Below, one piece after another: positions 30,254-39,707 of a DNA stretch of 64,000 nucleotides. The DNA lies in the NCBI GenBank assembly GCA_965250255.1, contig CBDFNP010000009.1:127722-191721 (forward strand). The letters run 5' to 3'. This DNA is from Rhizobiaceae bacterium. Its GTDB lineage: Bacteria; Pseudomonadota; Alphaproteobacteria; Rhizobiales; Rhizobiaceae. The notes beneath the pieces were generated by a model. That model was not told the DNA's origin, ran no database searches, and worked only from the letters and a program-made list of their open reading frames with translations. The stretch's first letter is position 1. Every line of letters starts with the position of its first letter. A program made the position numbers and the translations under genes.

Positions 30254-31290
30254 CTGGAAGGTCCGTCATCGTAGCCGACTTTATCGACAAGTTTAGAGGC
30301 TTCTTTGCGCAATTTCGCAATTTTCTCAAGTGACAAGGTGTCCGGTTTCATATCGCCAAAACCTGCAACGGTTTGCGAAAGCCTGGTGCCGGGCTTCACA
30401 GGGTACTCATAAACGGCTTCAGCATAAAGTTCCTGTGCTGCTCCGCTGGACAGGAATTCCATCAATTTGATTGCTGCACCCCTGTTTTGAGAATGCCTGG
30501 CCAGCGCCATGCCGGAAAGGTTCACATGCGTCCCGCGATCTTCGGTGTTGGGAAACAGGACCTTCATCGAATTGTACCATTGTTTTTGCTCAGGCTTCTT
30601 TTCATTGTTTTTCATCAGGCCGACATAATAAGTGTTCCCCAGACCAAGATCGCATTCACCTGAGAAAATGCCCTTGGCCTGCGCACGGTCATTGCCATCA
30701 GGTTTGCGGGCAAGGTTTTCTTTCACCCCTGTCAGCCATGTTTCGGTAAACGCAGCTCCCTTGTTGGCGATCATTGAGGCAATCAATGCAATATTGTATG
30801 CATGTTGACCGGAGCGGGTGCAGATTTTTCCCTTCCATTTGGGGTCGGCAAGTTCTTCATAGGTTATCATGTCCTGTGCTACACGGCTCTTGGAAGCATA
30901 GACAACGCGCCCGCGAGTTGTCAGACCAAACCAACCACCGGCGGGATCACGGTAGTGCGCCGGAATATTGCCTTCAATGGCATCATTGTTGATTGATTGT
31001 GTGAGACCCTGATCAGCCAAACCGGAAAGACGACCAATATCGGTAGTCAAGATTACATCAGCCGGAGAGTTTACACCTTCCGCCTTCAGCTTTTCGATTA
31101 TGCCCTTTTTAAGAAACTGAACTTCCGTTTTGATGCCGGTCTGTTTTGTGAACGCGTTCAAAAGTGGCGCGATCAGGTCAGGCTGGCGGTAGGAGTATAT
31201 GTTTACAGTATCAGCCGCAAATGCCGCAGATGTAGATGATGCGGCAATTGAGAGTGTGATTGCTCCCAGAAGGTTTCGAGTGAGCGGCAT
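30250..31290 (-). CDS. fbpA: Fe(3+) ABC transporter substrate-binding protein
   Basis: 346 aa. Signal peptide, then VNIYSYRQPDLIAPLL...NSPADVILTTDIGRL, typical of FbpA/FutA-type ferric-binding proteins. Confidence 0.85.
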   Translation of the reverse strand: MPLTRNLLGAITLSIAASSTSAAFAADTVNIYSYRQPDLIAPLLNAFTKQTGIKTEVQFLKKGIIEKLKAEGVNSPADVILTTDIGRLSGLADQGLTQSINNDAIEGNIPAHYRDPAGGWFGLTTRGRVVYASKSRVAQDMITYEELADPKWKGKICTRSGQHAYNIALIASMIANKGAAFTETWLTGVKENLARKPDGNDRAQAKGIFSGECDLGLGNTYYVGLMKNNEKKPEQKQWYNSMKVLFPNTEDRGTHVNLSGMALARHSQNRGAAIKLMEFLSSGAAQELYAEAVYEYPVKPGTRLSQTVAGFGDMKPDTLSLEKIAKLRKEASKLVDKVGYDDGPSS

Positions 31291-31449
31291 TAATGTCTCC
31301 TAAATTGGACAGCTAAGCCAAATTGCAGAGACTGCGGCGAGAGTCAACATAAACATGACAAAAAAAGTATAGTTAAGAATTATTCTAAATTTGACAGTAC
31401 GAAATGTGTGACAGGTTGAAATTTAATTCAGGAATAAAATAGGTGAAAA

Positions 31450-31908
31450 TTATTGCTGAGCCACGCTTTCAACGATGTCTATGCCGAGCAATTTATCGAT
31501 CCCGTAACGATTAATAGCGAGATCCTTTATCGTATACTTGTCGAGAACCGCAAAAAAGGCAGCCAGTGCCTCATGTAACGCGGCATTCAATTCACAAGAA
31601 TCCACCAGCGGACAGCTGGTTCCACCTTCCTTAAAGCACTCAGCCATTTCGAAATTATCCTCCGTAATCCTGACAATTTCGGAAAGTCTGATTTCATCAA
31701 GCTCCTTGGCAAGCTTGATTCCGCCATTGCGACCACGGATCGATTCAATCAACCCATTTTTGGTCAAGGGCTGCAAGACTTTGAACAAGAACATTTCCGA
31801 GAGGCCATAGGCAGTTGCAATTTCGGGAATCTGGCTGAGTTGGCCATGATTTGCACCGCAATACATCATGATCCGGATTGCATAATTGGTGTGCTTGGTA
31901 AGGCGCAT
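31450..31908 (-). CDS. rirA: Rrf2-family iron-responsive regulator RirA
   Basis: MRLTKHTNYAIRIMMYCGAN...IPEIATAYGLSEMFLFKVLQPL...CPLVDSC closely resembles rhizobial RirA. The ORF track extends to 31974. Confidence 0.8.
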   Translation of the reverse strand: MRLTKHTNYAIRIMMYCGANHGQLSQIPEIATAYGLSEMFLFKVLQPLTKNGLIESIRGRNGGIKLAKELDEIRLSEIVRITEDNFEMAECFKEGGTSCPLVDSCELNAALHEALAAFFAVLDKYTIKDLAINRYGIDKLLGIDIVESVAQQ

Positions 31909-32162
31909 CTGGGGACTCGCAAGTTTAAACTTGACTAAAGCATACAAGTTTATTGTGCCCTGATCCACATCCAATGTAGTAAAAGTGAATGGAAAGAAGT
32001 TTGATGCGACATCGGGCTGTCATTGCGCGACTTCACAACTTGATGCCCAATCCTGCACGGCGAAAATCTGCAGAATACCGAGCGATTTGATCAAGAAGCG
32101 GCTTGGATTTCCTCGGCGAATAGGCCAGTATCCATATACAAAAGTCTTTGAGAGAGTAAGCA

Positions 32163-33017
32163 ATGCAATACCATAGCCCCGATAGTTTTGAAGAAGCTGC
32201 TTCTTTGGCCGCAAGTGCCAAAGGTGTGGTTCGATACCTGGCAGGAGGAACTGACGTGTTGGTTCAGATGCGGTCTGACATCGTCATGCCGGATGTTCTG
32301 ATTGACCTGAAAAAAATTGAGGGAACCCGCGATATTTCCAATAACCCGGATGGCTGGCAAATCGGGGCGGCTGTGTCAGGTGCCGAGATGACAGAGCATC
32401 CCAAACTATCCAAGGATTGGCCAGGCGTTGTTGAGGCGATGGATCTGATTGGATCTACCCAGGTACAAGGCAGAGCAACCCTCGTTGGTAACTTGTGCAA
32501 CGGATCACCGGCAGCCGATAGCGTACCGGCGCTCATCACCGCTGGAGCCTCGGTTGCGGTGACTGGGCCAAACGGCAATCGCGCCGTTGCGGTAGAAGAC
32601 ATTCCTGTCGGACCTGGTAAAACCAGCCTGAAAAAGGGAGAAGTTATTTCCGCGATTAATCTCCCCGCACGCGGCAAGAATGGTGGAGACGCGTATCTGC
32701 GGTTTATTCCTCGCACCGAGATGGACATTGCCGTTGTTGGCTGTGCTGTGAGCTTGCGCTGTGAAGGCGATGTTGTGTCGGAAGCCAGGGTTTCACTTGG
32801 AGCCGTAGCACCGACCGCGCTCCTTGTTGGAGATGCTGCAAAAGCAATTATCGGCACAACGCTGGACGACAAGGCGATTGCTGCATTGGCAGAAGCTGCT
32901 TCTGCAGCCTGCAATCCGATTGACGACAAACGCGGGACCATCAAATTTCGCACACATGTTGCCGGCGTCCTTGCAAAACGCGTCGCACGAATAGCCTACG
33001 AACGGGCGAGGGGATAA
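32163..33017 (+). CDS. XDH-family molybdenum hydroxylase, FAD-binding (CoxM-like) subunit
   Basis: 284 aa (...YLAGGTDVLVQMR...), first gene of an M-S-L operon. Confidence 0.85.
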   Translation: MQYHSPDSFEEAASLAASAKGVVRYLAGGTDVLVQMRSDIVMPDVLIDLKKIEGTRDISNNPDGWQIGAAVSGAEMTEHPKLSKDWPGVVEAMDLIGSTQVQGRATLVGNLCNGSPAADSVPALITAGASVAVTGPNGNRAVAVEDIPVGPGKTSLKKGEVISAINLPARGKNGGDAYLRFIPRTEMDIAVVGCAVSLRCEGDVVSEARVSLGAVAPTALLVGDAAKAIIGTTLDDKAIAALAEAASAACNPIDDKRGTIKFRTHVAGVLAKRVARIAYERARG

Positions 33018-33019
33018 CC

Positions 33020-33499
33020 ATGAGCATGATACACGTAACCGCCACCGTAAATGGTGATCCGGAAGAATTTCTGTGCGATCCGAGAGAAACTCTGCTTGAT
33101 GTGCTGCGCGATCGCCTGGCCCTTACCGGTGCCAAGGAAGGTTGCGGCACAGGCGATTGTGGCGCTTGTTCGGTCACGGTTGATGGAAGACTTGTGTGCT
33201 CCTGTTTGATGCTGGGTGTGGAGGCAGAAGGCAAATCGATCAATACGGTCGAGGGGATGGCCAACGGCGAGGAACTTCATCCTTTGCAGCAGAAATTTAT
33301 TGAATACGCAGCGCTGCAATGCGGAATTTGCACGCCGGGTATTCTGGTTGCCACAATGGCATTGCTGGAAAAGAACCCCGATCCAACTGAGACACAAGTG
33401 CGTTATTGGCTTGCAGGGAACCTTTGCCGCTGCACCGGATACGACAAGATCATTCGAGCTGTAATGGACACAGCCGCAGAAATGAGGGAGGCCTCCTGA
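33020..33499 (+). CDS. XDH-family molybdenum hydroxylase, [2Fe-2S] (CoxS-like) subunit
   Basis: 159 aa with CGTGDCGACS and CGICTPG cluster motifs. Confidence 0.9.
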   Translation: MSMIHVTATVNGDPEEFLCDPRETLLDVLRDRLALTGAKEGCGTGDCGACSVTVDGRLVCSCLMLGVEAEGKSINTVEGMANGEELHPLQQKFIEYAALQCGICTPGILVATMALLEKNPDPTETQVRYWLAGNLCRCTGYDKIIRAVMDTAAEMREAS

Positions 33500-35751
33500 T
33501 GGGCGTCGAAGGACAGAATATCGAGCATGACTTCAAGGTTGTTGGTACCAGGCCAGATCGTCCGGACGGCATTGATAAGGTAACCGGTCGCGCTAAATTT
33601 GGTGCTGATGCATATGCATCCGGAATGCTGCACGCCGTTTGCGTTCGCTCACCCCATGCCCATGCAAACATCATCAGCATTGATGCCTCAAAGGCAGAGG
33701 CAATGCCGGAAGTAAAGGCAGTTGTTACGCGGGCTGATTTTGCCGATGGATTGACCGGCGAAAACTGGAACATACTTGAAAATGTGATGGCTGGCGACAC
33801 TGCACTTTATGACGGTCATACGGTTGCAGCTGTTGCTGCCACAACATCTTTGGCAGCCCGTGATGCAGCCAAACTTATTGAGGTTAAGTATGAAGCCATT
33901 CCTCACGTCACCGATGTTGATAAGGCGATGGCAGAAGGCGCACCGGCAATTCGTGCTGGAGCGGCTGATGGCTCTGTGCCGGAAGGACTTCACCCCAATG
34001 TGGTTCGCTATCATGAAAGCGGTCACGGCGATGTTGAAAAAGGATTTAAAGAAGCAGATCTCGTTGTTGAGGATACTTTTCAAACCGAGGCAACACACCA
34101 GGGGTATATCGAACCGCATGCCTGTCTGGCGCAACTGGGGTCAGACGGAAAAGGCGAGGTTTGGTGTTGTACGCAAGGCCATTTCAATGTGCAGAAAGTT
34201 TGTGCTGCATTGGTTGGGACAGATTCAAGCCAAATCCGGGTAACCGCATCCGAAATCGGCGGTGGTTTCGGTGGTAAGACAGCCGTATTCATTGAGCCGG
34301 TGGCTTTGGCGCTTTCAAGAAAAACCAACAGACCTGTAAAGCTGGTGATGAACCGTTCCGAGGTTTTCCGTGCTACCGGACCGACTTCCTCGACCTCGAT
34401 GGACGTGAAGATTGGCATGAAAAAGGACGGAACGATCACTGCCGCAGAAGGAATATTCCGTTTGCAAGGCGGCGCATTCCCGGGTGCGCCGATGGAGTTC
34501 ACCGCAATGTGCGCCTTTGCTCCATACAGCCTCGAGAACGTGAAACAGATTGGCTATGATGTCATTGCTAACCGTCCCAAGCAGGCGGCCTATCGTGCAC
34601 CGGGTTCTCCGATGGCTGCATTTGCGGTTGAATCCATCATCGATGAATTGTGCAACAAGCTTAACCTGGACCCAATTGAAGTTCGTTTGAAAAACGCTTC
34701 CAAAGAAGGAACCAGGGCATCTTACGGACCAAGGTTTGAACGGATTGGTTTGGTGGAAACGCTGGAGGAAGCAAAGAAACACCCTCACTATTCAGCCCCC
34801 CTGGAAGAAGGTTCTGGCAGAGGAATTTCCTGCGGTTTCTGGTTCAACCATGGTGGCGAAACTGCTGTATCACTGGCACTTTCGGAAGATGGTACGGCGG
34901 CTCTTTCAGTCGGCACTCCCGACATCGGCGGAAGCAGAGCTTCCATGTGCCAGATGGTGGCCGAGGAACTTGGGATTTCCTACGACAAGGTGCGCACCAC
35001 AATCGCCGACACGGCAACGCTCGGCTATAACGAAATCAGTCACGGGTCGCGGGTTACCTATGCAAGTGGGCTTGCGGCGATCAAGGCATCTCGCGATGCA
35101 GTAGAAAAACTCTGCGGCCGCGCCGCTGCGAAATGGGGCATCGATGTGGATGCGGTCTTCTGGGAAAATGGTTATGCAAAACCATCCGGCCCCAATGCCG
35201 GAGATTTTGAACCGGTCTCACTGGCAGACCTGACTGCAGATATGGGTGCAACCGGTGGTCCGATTGTTGGTCACTTTGAAGCGACACCGGAAGGGGCAGG
35301 CGTCAGCTTCGCCACTCATATTGTTGACGCAAAAGTTGATACCGAAACCGGCCAAACCGGCGTCACCCGCTATACGGTTGTTCAGGACGCTGGCAAAGCA
35401 ATCCACCCGACCTATGTGGAAGGTCAGTATCAAGGCGGTGCGGCTCAGGGAATTGGCTGGGCACTTAACGAAGAGTATGTCTACGGTGAGGATGGTCGCT
35501 TGCAAAACTCCGGTTTCCTGGATTATCGGATTCCAGTCGCATCGGATTTGCCGATGATTGATACGGTCATTGTTGAAGTTCCAAACCCGGGCCACCCATA
35601 TGGTGTGCGGGGAGTTGGCGAAACTTCAATCTGTCCACCTCTTGCGGCAATCGCCAACGCGGTTTCGAATGCTGCAGGTGTGAGGCTAAAGCAATTGCCG
35701 ATGTCGCCTCCGCGAATTCTGGAAGCTTTGGAAAAACAGGCCGATGGTTGA
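33499..35751 (+). CDS. XDH-family molybdenum hydroxylase, molybdopterin-binding (CoxL-like) subunit; not CO dehydrogenase type
   Basis: Start taken at ATG 33499 (TGATG overlap with the coxS-like stop). Contains IGGGFGGK and AYRAPGSP, and I did not see the CODH VAYRCSFR loop. Confidence 0.9.
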   Translation: MGVEGQNIEHDFKVVGTRPDRPDGIDKVTGRAKFGADAYASGMLHAVCVRSPHAHANIISIDASKAEAMPEVKAVVTRADFADGLTGENWNILENVMAGDTALYDGHTVAAVAATTSLAARDAAKLIEVKYEAIPHVTDVDKAMAEGAPAIRAGAADGSVPEGLHPNVVRYHESGHGDVEKGFKEADLVVEDTFQTEATHQGYIEPHACLAQLGSDGKGEVWCCTQGHFNVQKVCAALVGTDSSQIRVTASEIGGGFGGKTAVFIEPVALALSRKTNRPVKLVMNRSEVFRATGPTSSTSMDVKIGMKKDGTITAAEGIFRLQGGAFPGAPMEFTAMCAFAPYSLENVKQIGYDVIANRPKQAAYRAPGSPMAAFAVESIIDELCNKLNLDPIEVRLKNASKEGTRASYGPRFERIGLVETLEEAKKHPHYSAPLEEGSGRGISCGFWFNHGGETAVSLALSEDGTAALSVGTPDIGGSRASMCQMVAEELGISYDKVRTTIADTATLGYNEISHGSRVTYASGLAAIKASRDAVEKLCGRAAAKWGIDVDAVFWENGYAKPSGPNAGDFEPVSLADLTADMGATGGPIVGHFEATPEGAGVSFATHIVDAKVDTETGQTGVTRYTVVQDAGKAIHPTYVEGQYQGGAAQGIGWALNEEYVYGEDGRLQNSGFLDYRIPVASDLPMIDTVIVEVPNPGHPYGVRGVGETSICPPLAAIANAVSNAAGVRLKQLPMSPPRILEALEKQADG

Positions 35752-36031
35752 AGTCCAGCTTTGGTCGGGTCTCAAGCGGTTCACCGATGGGAAAGACACG
35801 GTGGAAATTAAGGGACAGACGATTGGCGCGCTGTTAAAAAATTTGGTTGAGGCCTATCCGGGCCTGGAACCAACACTAAAAGCCGGTGTTTCAGTTGCGG
35901 TTGATGGAAAGATAATCGCACGGGAAATCAAATAAGGTATGCGGAAATCGAGCGTAAATTCAAAGACGTTTACGCATGAGATCAAACCGGACAGCGAGGT
36001 TTTTCTGCTACAGCAATTGAAGGGCGGCTAA
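35744..36031 (+). pseudogene. MoaD/ThiS-like small sulfur-carrier gene interrupted by an in-frame TAA
   Basis: The ORF 35744-35935 stops at TAA 35933-35935. The same frame continues to ...PDSEVFLLQQLKGG* at 36029-36031, a canonical Gly-Gly terminus. Confidence 0.55.
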
Positions 36032-36136
36032 AAGCGTAAAATCCTGGCTCCTATCAGATGGAGAGTCCCCCCATCAAAACGTTCTGGCCCTGACAGATGC
36101 GCTTCCAAAAACAATTCTAATTAACGGCGGAACGCT

Positions 36137-36305
36137 CTAGTGGATTGATTCAAACATTTGGAACCCGTTTTCCGAGACCTCTCATCCAAATATTTGAATC
36201 TTAAAATCCACTAGAAAACAATACCTTGCTAGTGGTCTTTACGTTCGAAACAAATGATAAAGAGTTCGCCGCAAAGGGACTCATTTGTTTCGAACGGACC
36301 ACTAG
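36137..36305 (+). repeat. Rep-B double-hairpin repeat, single copy
   Basis: 169 bp matching each of the two units at 57231-57564. It consists of two long hairpins, each bounded by CTAGTGG...CCACTAG. Confidence 0.9.
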
Positions 36306-36310
36306 TATTT

Positions 36311-36523
36311 TCAAAGTTTGAAGTCGGCTGGATCCTGCCAGTCCAGTTTGCAGCAAATTCGGTAGGCTTCCAGTTCCCCGCTCGCCATCTGGCCATTTTG
36401 GAATAACCACATGGCGGCACCATACCGGGTGTATCCCGACCCCGGAATCCCAAGCGGTGTTTCAAGCAATTCAACCTGCGTTGTTATGTCGGAACCAATA
36501 GATGACACGTAAAAATCAAACAC
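36311..36523 (-). CDS. small hypothetical protein (70 aa) downstream of the Rieske oxygenase
   Basis: An ORF 37 nt after the Rieske gene stop. I recognise no family, and coding status is uncertain. Confidence 0.3.
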   Translation of the reverse strand: MFDFYVSSIGSDITTQVELLETPLGIPGSGYTRYGAAMWLFQNGQMASGELEAYRICCKLDWQDPADFKL

Positions 36524-36560
36524 CTTGGGATTTATGACAATTCCCGGCCTGGACCGGGAA

Positions 36561-37775
36561 TCAATTTGTGGAACTTTCCACCATCTCTTTATTCCGGGCC
36601 GCGATCTTGTCTTCAGCTGGTGCGCCTTCCAAATTGGTCACCGGCAACAATGCGCGAATGTGGTCGTGATGCGTCCGCACCCCATATTCAAGATCAGACA
36701 GGTAGAACCCCGCATAGTCCCGTGACGCCATTGCTTCATTTGACCAGATTGTCAACTGGATATCTTCTTCAAAAGTCTCCTGATCTATTCGGGCCGCAAG
36801 ATAACGGGCTGCACTTTGTTCTCGTGTTTCATTGTCAAATTTATACATCGCCCCGCGAACCAGTGTCTCACTCGTGGAAATTGGGAACTCCTGATAAAAC
36901 TGAATACTCTCCGGCGTCGCTGCGATCACAGCATTGGGAAAGAGGCCCCAGTAAATCCACGCTTCATGTAGATGTTCAGGCAAGTGTGACATCGGGCTAG
37001 AGAGTTTGGTGTAATGACGAACACTCCAGCGATTGGAAAAGTTTCGGTCAAATGTCGCGTAGGAGCGGCTCAAGCCTTTTACATAAGGCTCGTCATAATA
37101 GGTTCTGCCATAAAGGTCTTGCAGGGCAGGGTGGGCCATTGCAACGTGATATCCTTCATTGTCAACGTCGCGAACAGATTTCCAGTTTACCGGTGAAGTC
37201 AGGGAGGAAAAACCTGAAGTAGGTTTCAGCGTATCCATTTGATAATGTGCAACTTCTTCTTCTGCCGGAGCCATCAACTCGCTGACACTTGGTTGCGGCC
37301 CTTTGGCAAAACGCACGAAAACGAAACCATGCCATACTTCGCACTCGATTGACGGTAATCCAAACTCATTCTTGTCCAGTTTAGGAAAGCTCTTGGGTTG
37401 TGCGGCACCTCGAAGCGTGCCGTCAAAATTATAAACCCAACCATGGAACGGGCACACCATTGCCCCCTTGCAAACGCCGTTATCATTAACAACCAGGCGG
37501 GAGCCCCGGTGGCGGCAAATGTTGTGAAACGCGCGAATGTTTCCGTCTTCACCATGAACAATCAATGCGCGTTCTCCAAACGCATCAAAGGTTTGATATG
37601 CACCTGGTACCGCTATGTCACTGATGTGGCAGGCAATTTGCCAATGGCTTCGAAACAGGTGCGTGCGTTCCAGGTCAAGCAACGCTTCGCTGTGATAAGA
37701 CCATCCTGGAAGACCTCTGCGATCCCAATTCTCAGGTATCGAAGTATCTCTCTCAGACACGGTCATTTCTTTCAT
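36561..37775 (-). CDS. Rieske [2Fe-2S] non-heme-iron oxygenase, alpha subunit
   Basis: 404 aa. CRHRGSRL...CPFHGWVY Rieske motif and the NWKSVRDVDNEGYHVAMAH catalytic motif. Confidence 0.85.
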   Translation of the reverse strand: MKEMTVSERDTSIPENWDRRGLPGWSYHSEALLDLERTHLFRSHWQIACHISDIAVPGAYQTFDAFGERALIVHGEDGNIRAFHNICRHRGSRLVVNDNGVCKGAMVCPFHGWVYNFDGTLRGAAQPKSFPKLDKNEFGLPSIECEVWHGFVFVRFAKGPQPSVSELMAPAEEEVAHYQMDTLKPTSGFSSLTSPVNWKSVRDVDNEGYHVAMAHPALQDLYGRTYYDEPYVKGLSRSYATFDRNFSNRWSVRHYTKLSSPMSHLPEHLHEAWIYWGLFPNAVIAATPESIQFYQEFPISTSETLVRGAMYKFDNETREQSAARYLAARIDQETFEEDIQLTIWSNEAMASRDYAGFYLSDLEYGVRTHHDHIRALLPVTNLEGAPAEDKIAARNKEMVESSTN

Positions 37776-38011
37776 CTCCAGACTGCTTATCTATCTAATA
37801 TTATTGCATTTTTCTTGTAACTAGACAATACTGGTAAAGATGCAGGAAGGCCTTGAAACAACTGAAAAAAAGTGGAACTAAGGCCAGCGCCCGTTGACCT
37901 TCAGGATTTGAAACGTGGTATGAGCAAAAATTACTCAATTTCAGGAGAAATCCGGAAATGGTGCAGCGTATCAAATCCTGATTGTCAACAAACCCCGGGG
38001 AGTTGCAGAAA

Positions 38012-38374
38012 ATGAAACCAGTAGCCACGAAAGACCGCCGTGTTGTAAACCTTAAGGATGCAGAATTTACGCCGTTTGATCCCGACGAAATTTCGGAGAC
38101 GGGAACTTCCATTTTGCAGCTTAATTCTGACATGCAAAAAGGTGTCGGGTTTTATATTTACAAGATGGAACCTGGCTCAAGTTCGGCTCCTCATCGCCAT
38201 GGTGGTGCAGAGGAATTTTTTGTTATTGAAGGCGAGTTGACCGATCATGATGGTACGACTTACCGTACCGGGGATGTCGTGTGGTTGGCTCCTGGGACCG
38301 AGCATAATTCTTACTCTGAAACGGGCTGCATCGTAGCAGTGTTTTCAGAACTGGCTGAAGAGCAGGCGGTTTAA
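38012..38374 (+). CDS. cupin-domain protein
   Basis: PHRHGGAEEFFVIEGEL...GTEHNS cupin motifs. ATG 38012 is preferred over TTG 37982. Confidence 0.7.
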   Translation: MKPVATKDRRVVNLKDAEFTPFDPDEISETGTSILQLNSDMQKGVGFYIYKMEPGSSSAPHRHGGAEEFFVIEGELTDHDGTTYRTGDVVWLAPGTEHNSYSETGCIVAVFSELAEEQAV

Positions 38375-38392
38375 AATTCGGATCTTTTTTGG

Positions 38393-39703
38393 TTACGGCT
38401 TGAGCGTATCCATCATGCGCTTCCAGGTTAGTGCGATGGCAATGCCACTTCCCCTGAACTGACTGAGAGGAACTTTTTTCACCGGAGAAATCGGTAGAAA
38501 CTCATTGCCCACAATGTCGCCATTGCAGTGCCTTGCGAGAATTTTTCCGACTGTCGTTGCCATGGCGACGCCACGTCCGTTAAAGCCAAGACCGCTGTAA
38601 AGTCCGTCCGCAAGTTTGTGAATGTGTGGAACGTGATCAAGCGTAAGGGCTACCCGGCCTGTCCAAAGGTGTTCAAGTTCAAGACCGCGAACTTCCGGCA
38701 GAATTTCATGCAGCCTGCGAATTCCGAACGTGAAGTTGCTTTTGTCGATGGATTCGACTTGCGAGTTGGTACGACTGCCGAAAATCAGACGGTTCCTTGA
38801 ATCAAGCCCGAACCAGGACAGCAACCTTTGTGTATCGGCTACACCTTGACGATCAGGCAGAAATTTTTCATGCAATTCCCTCGGCAGGGGAGCGGTCGCG
38901 ACCACTCCGGTCAGCACTGGAACAATTGATTGCGCAAGTCCCGGCCACATCTCCCCCGTATAACCATTGGTACACACGACTACGATTTTTGCCCTTACGC
39001 TTCCCGCAGCAGTTTTAACGCTCCAGGCATTGCCTTCTCGTTCTACGGATAATGCCGGGCTTTCCTTGTAAATGGAGGCGCCGTTGGAAATGCATGCTCT
39101 CGCCAATCCCCGTGCATATTTAAGCGGATGCAGGTTGCCACCGCGCTTATCAAGCAGGCCTTTGTAGTAACCGTCGGTCCCGACCATCGACCGGATATCA
39201 TTACGGTCAAGCTCGCAAACATCGATACCGCGGCTACCCCACTGCCTTACATGATTGTTTATGACGCCCGCACCATGCGGACCTTTGGCAAGTTGTATCC
39301 AGCCGGTTTTGCGAAGATCGCAATCAATCTTGTATTTATCAACCAGTTCATAAAGCTGGGAGGGAGCGTTGCTGATGATTGATATGATCTGCTCGCCGCG
39401 TTCTGTGCCATAGCGATCAACAATTTCATCCGGCATGATTTTGAGGCCGGGGATTACTTGTCCACCATTTCGACCTGAAGCACCCCAACCCGGTTCGTGG
39501 GCATCGACAACCGACACCTCGTACCCAAGCTCTGACAGGTGCAGTGCCGTAGACAATCCGCAAAACCCTGCGCCGATAATGGCAACATCCGCTTTTGCAT
39601 TGACCTTCAATACTTCAAGCTTCTCCAACCGTTCGGACGTTTCTCCCCAAAGAGATGAATCAATATGACACGATGATTGAAACCAAGCGCTGTTCGAGCC
39701 CAT
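38393..39703 (-). CDS. FAD-dependent amine/amino-acid oxidoreductase (DAO family, gamma-glutamylputrescine-oxidase-like)
   Basis: 436 aa with a DVAIIGAGFCGLSTALHL dinucleotide fold and DAO-family layout. Adjacent to the polyamine transporter. Confidence 0.8.
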   Translation of the reverse strand: MGSNSAWFQSSCHIDSSLWGETSERLEKLEVLKVNAKADVAIIGAGFCGLSTALHLSELGYEVSVVDAHEPGWGASGRNGGQVIPGLKIMPDEIVDRYGTERGEQIISIISNAPSQLYELVDKYKIDCDLRKTGWIQLAKGPHGAGVINNHVRQWGSRGIDVCELDRNDIRSMVGTDGYYKGLLDKRGGNLHPLKYARGLARACISNGASIYKESPALSVEREGNAWSVKTAAGSVRAKIVVVCTNGYTGEMWPGLAQSIVPVLTGVVATAPLPRELHEKFLPDRQGVADTQRLLSWFGLDSRNRLIFGSRTNSQVESIDKSNFTFGIRRLHEILPEVRGLELEHLWTGRVALTLDHVPHIHKLADGLYSGLGFNGRGVAMATTVGKILARHCNGDIVGNEFLPISPVKKVPLSQFRGSGIAIALTWKRMMDTLKP

Positions 39704-39707
39704 GATC

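Noticed and set aside
31344-31358. A possible RirA IRO box upstream of fbpA.
   Set aside because: The sequence is TCA-N9-TGA (TCAACATAAACATGA), not the TGA-N9-TCA operator. I found no proper match, so nothing is called.
33406-33498. The N-terminal extension of the coxL-like ORF given in the ORF track.
   Set aside because: It overlaps the coxS-like coding region in another frame. ATG 33499 gives the conserved MGVEG... start and a typical TGATG stop/start overlap.
35933-35935. The TAA in the MoaD-like gene considered as a recoding signal (selenocysteine or pyrrolysine type).
   Set aside because: TAA is not a known recoding codon for either, and I saw no SECIS- or PYLIS-like context. Nonsense or insertion inactivation is the simpler reading. 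Read-through is mentioned only as something to test.
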